Shown here: piece after piece, positions 36,151-48,418 of the stretch | Layout of the letters: each line of letters begins with the position of its first letter | How positions within the stretch are numbered: the stretch's first letter is position 1 | Assembly: GCA_951406725.2 (NCBI GenBank) | Contig: OX597823.1 | Location: 63,116,001 to 63,180,000, forward strand | From: Octopus vulgaris | Lineage: Eukaryota | DNA length: 64,000 nucleotides | Reading direction: 5' to 3' | Made by a program: the position numbers and the translations under genes | The notes under the pieces: model-generated | Seen by the model: only the letters and a program-made list of their open reading frames with translations | The model's database searches: none | Told to the model about the DNA's origin: nothing

Positions 36151-36509
36151 GCCTGTTTTAATTAATCAAACCCTTTGGAAATTAATCAAACTGCTCAAAA
36201 TTAATTAATAAGCACCAAAATTCCAATGTGCTCAGATCCTAAACATCAGGTCTCTCTCAGCTTGAAATACTGCAACGACCACAAAACAATACCAGTTCTC
36301 TCTCAGCCAGAAACACTGCAATGAAAACAAAATACCAGGTCCCAGCTAGAAATACTGGAATGACAACAATACAATACTCCAGTCCAGTAAGGAAATGCTC
36401 ATTCATCCGCAGGTAAAATATGAAAGATAAGATTATTAAAATTTTGTTTAAAAGATCACTATAAAATTAATTAATCAATATTATATTACATATATAAAAT
36501 TAACCAATG

Positions 36510-36935
36510 ATATGTGGTTGAGTGTGTTGCTTTTATGATTGTGAAATAGTGAATCTCAATTCCCAGATTGGCTGCATGTTGAGCAAAACACTTCATTTCA
36601 TATTTGTTAGCAACAGAAGCAATATTAATACCAAGAGGTAATATTAGGTTATATTTATCCCTACTTAAACGTGGATGTTCTGTTAGAACAAAGTTTATTG
36701 TGGTAAATACCATGGGCTTTTGGTGCAAAAATGCATACTGGATGCCATTTCCTGTTGCTCCAGTCCACTCAGTTGTAAATGGGTAACCCTGTGAAAGAAT
36801 AGCCTTCCGATCAGGAGGAATATTGGCTTGCTTGCCTAACCATTGGGGTGGCATCTTTCAAAAGCTAAACAGATGCAAAGTGCATTGTGACTAGCGATGT
36901 ATAATAGCATTCAATAGTCTGGTTGATCATGTGAT
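36510..36935 (+). mobile_element. SINE with C-type body carrying a ~144-bp insertion
   Basis: gagcaaaacacttcatttcat | insert | gttgctccagtccactcag is contiguous in the 14318 copy. Confidence 0.75.
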
Positions 36936-37377
36936 ACTAAATATCCAGTTTGGTACATAAGCAACTACTAGTTTAAGCATATGATCAATTATTGGCATCT
37001 GGTTTTCCTCTTGACTGCATTATTTTATATGAAATAAGTACACAACTGAAGAGTAGCACCTGTCCAAACTGGTGGTTCCAATAGGTACTGCCCTTCCTCA
37101 TAAGGCTGTCATTAACAACTAAGGGTAGTGGCAATGGTGGAGTAGACCATGTGTGTCTGTTTGAAATCAGCATTGCCGTTTATTAATGATATGTCTGAAT
37201 ACTTAGTTATGTATATATTATATACTCATACATATACATTCACACATATACTAATATACACACACACACACACACATGCAGACACAAATATACATACATG
37301 CTTCCACATGTACATAAGTACATATATGCATATACATATACATGTATATATATATATGCATGTACATATATATGTGT

Positions 37378-37758
37378 GTGGAGGCGCAATGCCCCCGTGG
37401 TTAGGGCAGCTGACTTGCAGTCGTGGGATCGCGGTTCCAATTGCCAGACCTGGCGTTGTGAATGTTTGAGTGAAAATACCTAAAGCTCCATGAGGCTCCA
37501 GCAGGGGGTGGGGGGTGGCGAACCCTGCTGTACTCTTCCACCACAGCTTTCTCTCATTCTTTCTTCCTGTTTCTGTTGTACCTGTATTTCGAAGGGCCAG
37601 CCTTGTCACATACTGTCACACTGAATCTCCCTGAGAAGTATGTTAAGGGTACACATACTTGTGGAGTGCTCAGCCAGTTGCATGTTAATTTCACGAGCAG
37701 GCTGTTCCTTTGATCGGGTCAACTGGAACCCTCATCATCGTAACTGACAGAGTGCCAC
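37378..37758 (+). mobile_element. tRNA-derived SINE family D, full length
   Basis: ggaggcgcaatg..tggttagggcagc..ggttccaattgcc head, distinct tail ending agagtgccac. Confidence 0.88.
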
Positions 37759-37763
37759 ATATA

Positions 37764-37971
37764 TGAGGGGTTGTTGAAAAGTTCCTGGCTTTAAGGGTAT
37801 CACAAAGGCCTGGTTGGAGGCCCAGCTTTCCGTCTTCTTTTACAGGGTTTAGAAAATTGAAGGACCACTGCAATAAGTATGTGAATCTGAGAGGAGAATA
37901 TCTTGAATAAAATCATAGATGGTCTTGTATTTTCTTTTACTCAAAGCCAGGAACTTTTTAGCACCCCCTTG
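37764..37971. mobile_element. Mariner-type MITE, copy 2
   Basis: gaggggttgttgaaaagttcctggcttt ... aaagccaggaactttttagcaccccctt. Confidence 0.88.
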
Positions 37972-38524
37972 TGTGTGTGTGTGTGTGTGTGTGTACACAC
38001 ACATACTGCTCTTATACATATACATAAGTACTCGTTCATACACATGTATGCATAATCATTGACCTGTAAACATAAACAGAATTGCTTTGTCATGAAATAT
38101 GGTGATGATGCTCTTGTGTATTCTTATATCAATTACAAAATTTAATTGAAATATTAAACACTTATACAAAAGGACTTCATTGTATTTATATTTAGCATGC
38201 AGAATGCCCCCTTGAGATATTTTCCCCAAACATATTTTTGATATTTTTAATCAGCTTCACTACATTTTCCCTACTCTCTCGCTTTCTCTTTGTCTTGCCC
38301 ACTCTCTTTCTGTATGTGTATATGATGGCAGTGTCTTGTCTGTAGATCGTGCAGAAGAGTGACACACCCTTAAGTGCCCTATGTAAACTGATCCATCACA
38401 CTCCAGAGTTTTTGTTTTCCTCCCTGCTGTTAGCACCCACTTAGATGATCTTGGTTGGTTGAAGACTTTTTTTTATACTTAGTTTATCACATGCAATGAG
38501 ACCTTCCTATATTTGTACTTAGTA

Positions 38525-38860
38525 TGCAGACTTTTATGGATTCCATGGACAGCGAGGCTCACCAATGGAGAAGTTCTTAAGCAGATCAGGCCGAAAATGT
38601 CGCTAGAAGCTAGGATCACCAAGCATAGATTGGCATATTTTGGTTATATTATGCGGAGAAAATCCCTGGAGAAGGACATCATGCTCGGAATGGTCAGTGG
38701 CAAGAGAGGAAGAGGCCGACCAAGAACCCGCTGGCTTGACACCATCAAGAGTGATACCGGAATGGACATAGCCAATCTGAAAGAAGCGGCCCAGGATAGA
38801 ACTGACTGGAGGACACTGATCCAAAGAGAGTCGACTTCGACTGAGCGGATAGATAGATAG
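38525..38860 (+). mobile_element. RTE (BovB-like) LINE 3' fragment
   Basis: RLLWIPWTARLTN.EVL..RLAYFGYIMRR.SLEKDIMLG.V.GKR.RGRPRTRWLD..DR..WR; (GATA)n tail. Confidence 0.9.
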
Positions 38861-38957
38861 ATGCAGAATGCTTCACTATCCACTAAGTATTTTCCCCTTT
38901 GGTCTAATTCATAACCAGTATAGCTACATTTCCTACACACACACAAACATAAACATA

Positions 38958-39482
38958 CAGGGTACAATGGGTAAATTGTTGCCATTTTATATTTTTAATT
39001 TTGCACATTCACTTAGTATAGTACGCTTAGTTGGGCACCATCTGTGATTAAAACAGCACCATGATGCAAGTCACTCTGCCAGAAATTTGGAAACATGCTG
39101 TACTGTGAACATTTCAGAATGTTGGGTGTCAATCTGAGGACATGTACTGAGAGTGATAAAAAATCAAACATCCAGTCAACATTATGGTGTTTGGAGTGAT
39201 CACTAGTGATGGTGACATTATGCCTCCATTCATCTTCCCACAGTCTCAGACTCAACACGGAGGCCTACATCAAGTGCCTGGAGGAGGTAGTGCTACCCTG
39301 GGTCTAGAGGGCGGATGCTGGAAGACCCTATGTCTGGCAATAGGACTCTGCATCATTATGTGTTGGATGCAGTTGAACGAGAGACCAACAAAATTCCTTG
39401 TAACACCAAAGATGAACTGAAGGCAAGGATTATGGCAGCATTTGCCAGCTTAAACAAAGAGACCGTTCAGGAGATTCCAAAG
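38958..39482 (+). mobile_element. Internally deleted maT-like (Tc1/mariner superfamily) transposon
   Basis: TA|CAGGGT terminus; KHPVNIMVFGVITSDG.IMPPFIF..LNTEAYIKCLEEVVLPW..GRPYVWQ*DSA..VERETNK.PCNTKDELKARI. Confidence 0.85.
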
Positions 39483-40240
39483 TCATCTGCTTTACTGATG
39501 AGGTCTAATAAGACTGAAGCATGCCTGTTGTTTTTCCTAAATACCTTTTTTTATCTGCATCATTCTTCTCTTTCTAAAAAAAATTTCACTTGGTTGATTT
39601 CTATTGAAATTATATCCTTTACTTATTGCTTTTAGGCTTTTGAACCACTCTGTCCCTTTTCCATCCATTGTCAGACAGAGATTCTTGTCTACTGATTGCA
39701 TGGATAATCTTACTTGATCTAAGTTTTTAAATTCACTTTCACTGCTTATGTGAGCCAAACCCACCCCCACTGCTTCTATTAATTAACAAGATTGCAGGGT
39801 GCCAGGAATGTATAGTTGAAATCTCCTAAGGTATTTGGTTACATACCTTCATGTTCCACTGGGATGTTCACTTGAGCCTTTCATTCACCAATCCATGATC
39901 ACTATGAATAAATAGTATGTAACCTAATTCTTATCAAACAACACCAAATTAAAGTACATGCAAGGCCACATTAAATTATGTAGCACTGGAATAATTGATT
40001 GAAAATTAAATAGTCATGGATGGAATGCTTTGTTTATAGATAGGTCTGATTTAATCAGAGCTGACCTGAATCAAAATAGCAATAATTTAACCTTTTATGC
40101 TGTCATTTTGTTTTACATCAAATATCACACTGGCATCCTTCTGGTGTTAATAAACTAAATACAGTAAATTCTAGATGTAACAGGTCTCACTTTAAAGCAT
40201 TTCAAATTTAACCAGACTGAATAATAATAATAATGATAAT

Positions 40241-40740
40241 TCTTTCTTTATTGGCCACCAGGGCTGAACACAAAACATAGAGGACGATACAGAATTGAGG
40301 GACAATGAGGTTAATGTGTAAACAGCAAAACACAGCAATTAACAATTAACAATATATAATTCCCCAATAAGGGGTAGATCCATCAAGAGGAGGCTAAAGC
40401 AACCTCACCCACTTTGGGCCCCTAATTTTGGGCACCTCAGGTAGGCACCTCTCTCCTCCTCTCTCCATCCGGCCTGCAGGTGCACACTTAGAGGGGGTCC
40501 ATTCACATGGGTCATCCTCACTATATTCACCCTCCCTTCGACAAACTTACTGGGTGACAGCACCTCCCTCTCCAGTCTTACCTTCTTTTTTAGGTTGAAC
40601 CTAAAAAAGTCAATGAGGCCTTGGCCATAGAGGAAGGTACCCATCTTCAACCCTTTCAATTGCGTCCACCATGCAACCTCTTTCATCATAGCCACCAGAC
40701 AGAAAAACTGCCTTTCCTTCACAGTCAAAGGAAAGAGGCA
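40241..40740 (-). mobile_element. Tx1/L1-clade LINE 3' fragment (same family as 24440-26617)
   Basis: C-terminus ..IVRMTHVNGPPLSVHL aligns to ..VVRILQMNGPALSIHL at ~26290-26340; both end aataaagaaa + (ATT)n. Confidence 0.8.
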
Positions 40741-41329
40741 GGGCAATCTTCTCAATTTTGAACAATATATATATATTATCTATAAAAGGCAGATTTTCTC
40801 TGTGTGTATGTATGTTGAAAATTTATACATTTGCACAATTACAAATTTAGTGAATGAAAAAACCAGAATTAATATTCTAAATACCATAACTTACATCATA
40901 GGGGTATTTTTTTCAGTCAAAATAACTCCCAATTACGAAATAAATTGATAAAACTACATACATAACCATTTCCCCCTCTAATACAATCTACTTTCCTCTT
41001 TCTACTACCATTACAAATCCTTTAACCTGCTACTTCCTCTTATGAACGTTTACGAACGATCCAAGAAAAAAGACAAAGAAAGGAAGAGGAAGGAGAAAGA
41101 GTGAGAGTCAAACAGACAGACAGACAGACTACCAATCCTATGTAAATACACACATATATCTACACATATATATCCACGTATTTCTTATTCCTAGCTGCAA
41201 GCAACAGTGTACTTGACTAAAAAAAAAGATCCTTGCTCCAGAATAATTCTAACCACCCACTGTATTTTCTGGCATACAAGTTGAATTTTTCAAACCTAAA
41301 TTTGCAGCCCATAAAAAGTTAGATCAACT

Positions 41330-41690
41330 TCTACACCAAGACAACTTTGGAAGACCTAAGAATCCATGTGAAATGCAGCAGGATTTGCAAAAACATGTGG
41401 TGTCATGTAAAAGTGTCCATGTGATACCACATAAAAACATCCATGGGGTGCCACATAAAAGCACCCTATGTGGTACCACATAAAAGCACCCTATGTGGTA
41501 CCACATAAAAGTATCCAGCATACTCTGTAAAGTGGTTGGCATTAGGAAGAGTATCCAGCTGTAGAAACCATGCCAAATCAGACAAGTCTAGTGCAGGAAA
41601 TCCAGCTTGCCAGTTATGGTCAAACCATCCAACTCATGCTAGCATGGGCAATGGACATTAAATGATGGTAATGATGATGATGACGACGAT
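41330..41690 (+). mobile_element. RTE-associated 3' segment with internal ~23-bp repeats
   Basis: (gtggtaccacataaaagcacccta)n, then ggttggcattaggaagagtatccagctgtagaaac and (GAT)n tail. Confidence 0.8.
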
Positions 41691-41790
41691 GTTTGAATGT
41701 TTACACTATATACTAACATTGACATATATGCCAGAAAATATGGTAAACTAAAAACAACCTATCTGACAGTTATCCTTAGTTTTCATTTAA

Positions 41791-42009
41791 CCCTTAAGCA
41801 TTTAAACCGGACGTGTCTAGCTCAAATATTTTACCTGTTTTTCATTCAGACTGGCCAGATCTGGCCTTTTGCACTTATGCTACAATGTCATTTTAAAAGT
41901 AATCAATAACACCATCAAAATCTTGAAGCTAAGAGATAATTCATAATAAATTTAAAACAATGTGAATAAATAAGCATTACATTTATAGAGTAATCTGAAC
42001 ACTAAGAGG
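41791..42009. mobile_element. TTAA-flanked MITE, family 2
   Basis: TTAA|CCCTTAAGCATT...ACACTAAGAGG|TTAA; inverted relative at 57702-57922. Confidence 0.85.
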
Positions 42010-43766
42010 TTAAGAATTTTTTTTATAATAAGGCTTTAGAAGACACTTGCCCAAAATGCTACACAAGGTGGGATTGAACCCCTGGAAGCACATAATTTAC
42101 AGAGCAGACTTTTTAACCACACAGCCACATCTGTAACTGACTTTAATAAACTTTTAGTTAAACAATTCACTGAGCAAATGTATTCAGAAATGTCTATTTG
42201 TTGGCAGGGGAAAAATACAGTTCTTTAGAAATTCAATAATTCAGACGCCATCTATATTAAGATCCAGGCAGGAATGAGTGCTGTAAACTCATGGGGAGGA
42301 GGGTAATTAATCTATTAGCATACATTTCCTCTGTGACAGTTTCAATTTTCAGTTTCAGCTATTTTCTATCAGTTCATTTTTGTTTCCTTCTGCCTGTATA
42401 ATGCCTGCCGAGAAAGATTCATGACCAGTGTTCAGTCTTACTTGATTTTGGCTTTCTCTATTACATTCTGTAATTGATACACACACACAAACACACACAT
42501 ACACTCACACATATTTTTGTCTAAAAGTGCAATGTAGTGTCAAAGTCATATTTCTTTTCGTTACCGAAAGCTATTCCATATGTGTATGTGTGTGCACGGT
42601 TGCTTCAGGTTGTATATGGTGTGCATGTATATGTATGTGTGCATATCTGTATGCTAATATTTGTGTGTATGTGTATACTCATATTCTTGTGTGTTTTGCT
42701 GTTGGTAAGAACAAGGCTTTTTTGAGACAAAATAAAAGTGCTTGACATTTCAGGAAGTAATGCATGTTCTATGTTTTAGCTTAGTTCGTTCAATTTTAAT
42801 TCTGTGTGTGTGTGTAGGTGTGTATATTATGTGTATATTACGTGTGTGTTTGTATGTTATCTATGTATTTATGTGTGTAAAAAAATATTTTTATATATAT
42901 TATATATGTGTGTGTATATTTGAGTATATATGTTTTTTTTGTACATTAATAGAAAATACTACCCAACACAAGTATGACAACATTTTCTTGTTCATAGTTT
43001 AATTAGCCGGAGATCCTTTAAAACTGTTGAAAGAAAAGGAATTTGTCTTCAGACTTGTGATTTGGCTCAAATTCTTGCACCCGAGCAAACTTCTCTGAAG
43101 GTACCTTAGTGCCAGGTGGTGGAGGTGTTAAATCAATGACTAATCTATTCTTTCCCTCACTTCATGTCCCATACCTTCAGGCATCAGTGATCATATCTTA
43201 ATGCTAAAGTTTGAAGATTCCTGAATTTTCATGAGAAAGATATAGCAGCAGTTTCCCATTGCATTCTGATTGTTTATCTAAAGTTAACTTTATTGGTCTC
43301 TTGTTCTCTCACACTTACCATTGAGGCATAGAGCCTTCTTAACCCCTCAAGCACTGGGACTGGTTTTCATGACCACTCATGGATCATGCCTTTGTGGTGC
43401 ATATTTTGTGTCAGGCCACCTCTGAATTCTGTACACCTTACCCAAGGACCATTTAATGTTATCCCCATGACATTTAAATCTATCACTTTAGAACACAGGG
43501 GCAAAATGTCAGTCTTCCAGATTTGGTCAACTTGGTGTTCTGGCATTGTGGTATTGAGCCCAGAACTACATTATTGTGAAGCAAATGTTTTCACAACTCT
43601 GTCAAACCTGTGCCTATTTTTATTTATTGAAAGCTGATGATTCTTGCTGTCATCCTCTGAATTTCTTACCTGTATGTTTGGCCAGGTAACAAAAAAGTAC
43701 ACAATCCATTTGTATTTCTCTCTCATAGTTCAAATTTACAGAAAAAAAAAGTTAAGACTTTTATAT

Positions 43767-43930
43767 AGGGAGAATTCACAAAAAAAACATAAGATGAAGA
43801 CAGGTGGTGTAGACAATAAACAGATGTATTAGTATAACGCTTGGGAAGTGAAAAAATCTTTAATGTTTCGAGCCAACGCTCTTCCACAGAAAGAAACGAG
43901 GAGAGTAAATAAAGAATGTGTAGTCGCTAT
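43767..43930 (-). mobile_element. Solo Penelope-type terminal repeat
   Basis: Homologous to 15866-16052; TA repeats at both ends. Confidence 0.82.
43857..43894 (-). ncRNA. Minimal hammerhead-like motif, variant core (palindrome decayed)
   Basis: UCUUU-CUGUGGAA-GAGC(GUUG)GCUC-GAAA-CA-UU-AAAGA. Confidence 0.62.
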
Positions 43931-43959
43931 CTATCATATATATATATATATATACTCAC

Positions 43960-44263
43960 ACACACCAGCGTTGCCTTACTGGCAGTGAACAAAACATTCG
44001 AGCAAGGTGCCGCTGGACTGACTCCTGTGCAAGTGGCATGTAAAAAAACACCATTTCGAGCGTGGCCGTTGCCAGTACTGCCTGACTGGCCCTCGTGCCG
44101 GTGGCATGTAAAAGCACCCACTACACTCTTGGAGTGGTTGGCGTTAGGAAGGGCATCCAGCTGTAGAAACTCTGCCAGATCAGATTGGAGCCTGGCGCAG
44201 TCAAATCGTCCAACCCATGCTAACATGGAAAGCAGACGTTAGATGATGATGATGATGATGATG
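43960..44263 (+). mobile_element. RTE-associated 3' segment
   Basis: gtgccggtggcatgtaaaagcacccactacactc..ggttggcgttaggaagggcatccagctgtagaaac..(GAT)n. Confidence 0.87.
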
Positions 44264-45118
44264 ATATATATGCAGGGGTGGTGGTGATGTAGGTAGTGTA
44301 GTAGTGAAGAAGTTAACTTCACAATCATTCGATAATCAAGGCATTATTTTCTTGGAGCAGCACCTTAGGCCAGAGCCATGGGGGTTGAGGGTTCGAATTC
44401 TCTCTCTTGTGTGTGTGTGTGGGGGGGGGGTTATATTGAGTAGACACAAAACTGCATGGAAGTCCATTGGATGGGCGCTACTTGTAATTGAGGAGGCCAT
44501 GTTGTTTCTACCTGAAGATTTCTACGCTCCCTGTACTATGAAATACTCAGCCAATTATTTTCTTATTCAATACTTCAACGCATAGGCAGTGCAGTTGTTC
44601 TAATGACTGGGATGCTTATCACTGAAATAGACAGAAACTCAATTACTGCTCCGTGTGGGTCTGTGTAGACATAGTGATAAAGGTCTTTTCTCTCTCTTTT
44701 TTTTTTTTGTATTGTGTAAAAACCCTGTATATATATGAAACATGCAAATTGAAATTTACCCTCAGTTTCTCTAGAATGTCACGCCTGCTCCTTTTTACAT
44801 GACTATTATGTAACCTTTAACCCAAAATAGGCTAGGTATCCTATGCTAACCCTATCTTAGTCTTTCGACTTACCCACCTCGACTCGACTCCCTTCACTGT
44901 CCCCCATCCATGTATTTCTCCCTACTCCACCTGAAAGCTCGACTTGACTACTACTACTACTACTACTACTACTGCTACTGCTGTGCTACTGCTACTAACT
45001 ATAACCATTTTCATTCCTGCTTGCCAAGCAGAGTGGAAGAAACGTGATTGTATTAGTGTCTGTTGTCATACGAGAAATATACACATGAGCGAATTATTCT
45101 GATTGCTTACTTACATAA

Positions 45119-45182
<64 letters not shown>

Positions 45183-46087
45183 AGATTGCCAAGATTCTGC
45201 TGGCCCACTCAATGAATGGAATCGTTTTGCCTCTGGCTGGATTAAAAAGAAAAAGAAGAAAAATGCTGGTAAATACAGGCATTAGTTAAATGAAGAGGGT
45301 GAGATGAAATTTACGTATGTTATCCGCATATCTATGTTCTGTGTGTGTGTATGGGGTGGTGGTGGATTGTATGTATATGCTTTGTACTTAATGTACCGAC
45401 TGTAAAAAAAAAAACAAAGAAATTAATGAAATTACTACGGTTCTTCCCCCCACCCGCTCTCTCTCTCCGTAAATACTGTGATACTGCTATATATTTTCAG
45501 CATTTTTCTGTTAGGTATGAAGGTGGTGGTGGTTGAGCCATGGTGTGAAAATGATGATGATGATGGTGGTGTAGGAGTGGCAAGGCTTGTTTGATGGTGG
45601 TGGTGGTGGTAGTGCATGATGTGGCCTACTGTCGAGTGATGTCATGGAATTTTGAAAGTGAATAATAGCAGAATGCTTGAAATTGTTATTCAAAATGTAG
45701 TTAGTTGTAATGCGAAAGAACACTAATAGACACTTATATAGACATCGACACAACGTATTCTTGTATTGTGTATGTATGTGTGTATTTACACACACACACA
45801 GACACACACACACAATACAACATGCTCATACGCTTATGGGTTTCAGCTATCTTATTTGTGTCCATGTTGGGACATCCATGTATTTACATATACACATGCT
45901 TTTCATTGCATTGAACTACTCTGTGTGTGTGTGTGTGTGTGTAAAGCCTGGTGATCACATGTATGTGTCTTTGGATACGTTATCAAATATGTCGTTCCTA
46001 TAAAATTGCTTCTGCAAATTAGGGTAATATTGGTGGGGGAGAGAGAGCTTGTTAATGGTGACCAAGTGTACTTCTTGCATAGCCTCT

Positions 46088-46459
46088 AGTGGTTCTCAAA
46101 TAAGGGGTCCAAATGGCCCCTGAAGATCCACATAAGATTTTTGGAGGTCCACTCAGCAAAATAGTAAATTGGGGGGATTCGCAATAGTATTTTCAGGACC
46201 CCTGAAAAAAAAAAAATTTAGTTTAGATGTATGCATTGGTATGTATTGCAAGAAACAGCTAGGTTTCTTTCTCTAACATTCCACAGAATTCAACCAACAC
46301 AATTTAATGCGTGAAAAACAAAATAGGCGTTTTGAAAAGAAATTCTATAAAACTAGTTTTTCAACATCGAATGGCTATAGTAGTGGTGAGGATGCACCAG
46401 AATAAAATAGCAATCACAGGGGTCTATGTATAAAAAAAATTGGATTGATAACCCCCCTG
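46088..46459. mobile_element. hAT-like MITE (diverged)
   Basis: tagtggttctcaa ... ttgataacccccctg imperfect TIRs with ggggtcc subterminal motifs; no clean TSD. Confidence 0.55.
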
Positions 46460-47407
46460 CTCTCGTTGATCCTGACTGAGCTGACCTGTAATCAGACATT
46501 CTACCTATGACCACCCTAACTGATTCATGTAGTGTATCCTAGTGAATATTATTCAATGTCTTTTTGTCTTTTTTTTTTTTTGTTTTTAAGACTGTAGTGC
46601 AAAAATATAAGGGAAATTTGGCTGCTATTTCTAACATATCAAGTGACTATGTAGAGACCTTCCCCATTGGTTCGCAGTGGCAATGATGATGGGTCTGTGG
46701 TGGATTTGTAGACAGTGGTGGTGGTATAGAAAGGATTAAAGTTGTATAGCTCCAGTTTTGACCTTATTGAACTGACTACTGACTTACAACTGAAGACATT
46801 CTATGTTTGACCATCCCATCTCATTCTCAGACAATATATTGGCTCTATGTGTTTTGCCATACTTATGTGTTTTCTTCTCTCTTTCGTTAATGATCACGGT
46901 AGTTATGGCAATGTTGCAGTCATGAAGTGACTGTCAACAAATCCACTACATTCTTGGACAATATAGCTTAACATGTGAAATGTAATGCTATCCTAACTTA
47001 TGGAAAGATATTCATCTGTCACTATAATAAGAAGAGTCAGTAATCTCTGTGGAAGATGTGATTAGTGGTTAAACGTAAGACAGTGGTAATCCCATCCAAG
47101 GATGACTTGACACTTTCGTTGCATTATTTTTAATGAAACACCCAGACTGTTTAAGTTAGTTTCGAAAATAATTCTTTTACTTGTGTCATCCATAAGACTG
47201 TGGCCATGCTGGGGCACTGCCTTGAAGAATTTTAGTCGAACAAATCAATCCCAGTTTTTTTTTTTCTTTTGTAAAGCCTGGTACTTTATTCAATTGTTTC
47301 TTTTGCTGAACTGCTAAGTTACGGGGATGTAAACACAACAACACTGGTTGTCAGTCAGTGTTGGGGATGAATGAATACACAAAGGCACACACACATTGAT
47401 ACATACA

Positions 47408-47456
<49 letters not shown>

Positions 47457-47842
47457 GGTATACTGGTTGTCCTTGCACTTATCAAAGGTTTTCTTTTGGC
47501 CAGTCTTCTCTGAGTCAAAGGAATCTATGTGAGAGAGATAGCCAGATGTAGGGGTTGCCAAGGAAGTCAATAAAGCTGCAGTGAAAAAACACTTCAATGT
47601 CGGATGAGGAAGCCCTGTTGAATTCTTGTTGAGGCACATTTTCTATGGCTGGATGCCTTCCCTGTCATCAACATTCACCTGTTTCAAAGCATGGTAATAT
47701 TTTCCCATGGCCAGACATGTTCTTACAGAATATTCGAAATGAATGACACTGCTTGTATGACAGTGACACTCATTTTACGACTACCAAGTGATAACAAGAC
47801 AAGGAGACATACGTGTACACACACACACATGTATGTGTATCT

Positions 47843-47877
<35 letters not shown>

Positions 47878-48101
47878 TTTACTTATTTCAGTCACTAGAC
47901 TGTGGCCATGCTGGGGCACCGCCTTGAATTTTTAGTCAAATGAATTGACCCCAGTACTACTTTTTTTTTTTTTTTTTTTAAGTGGTACTTATTCTATCAT
48001 CTCTTTTGCTGAGCTGCTATGTTATGGGAACACAAACAAACCAACACCAGTTGTCAAGCAGTAGTGGGGTGGGGAAAACACAGACACATGCACATAGATA
48101 T

Positions 48102-48418
48102 ATATTAATAGTTATCACCAACCTAACATGGCAGTCCAGAAAAACAGGATGAATGCTGCCGTTGATTAGCTCCAAGAGGCCATCGCCTCTAGCTAACTGT
48201 GTGACACATGAATCTATGTCCATTATAACCTTCGGAAAGGGGAGGTCAACCACTTCCCCTTGCTGGTCTGGCATCTACAGACTAGTTTCAGGGTATTTAC
48301 CCTTTATCAATGTAGAGTATTTTTCTGGACTGCCATGTTAGCTTGGCGATAACTATTAATATCTAGTACCGCTGCCGTAATCTCCTTTAGAGGGACTTAG
48401 AAATGTAATATTTCTATT
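48102..48418 (-). mobile_element. Penelope-type terminal-repeat fragment with 43-bp inverted arms
   Basis: 48102-48144 vs 48320-48362 (2 mismatches); contains a hammerhead fold; TA repeats at both ends. Confidence 0.75.
48274..48316 (-). ncRNA. Minimal type I hammerhead ribozyme, U3-A8 variant
   Basis: UCUACA-UUGAUAA-AGGGU(AAAU)ACCCU-GAAA-CUAG-UC-UGUAGA: perfect 6-bp stem I, 5-bp stem II, ACUAGU palindrome, GUC site. Confidence 0.8.

Noticed and set aside
44094-44170. Twister ribozyme upstream of ggttggcgttaggaagggcatcc
   Set aside because: The expected P4/pseudoknot pairings of twister could not be built by eye.
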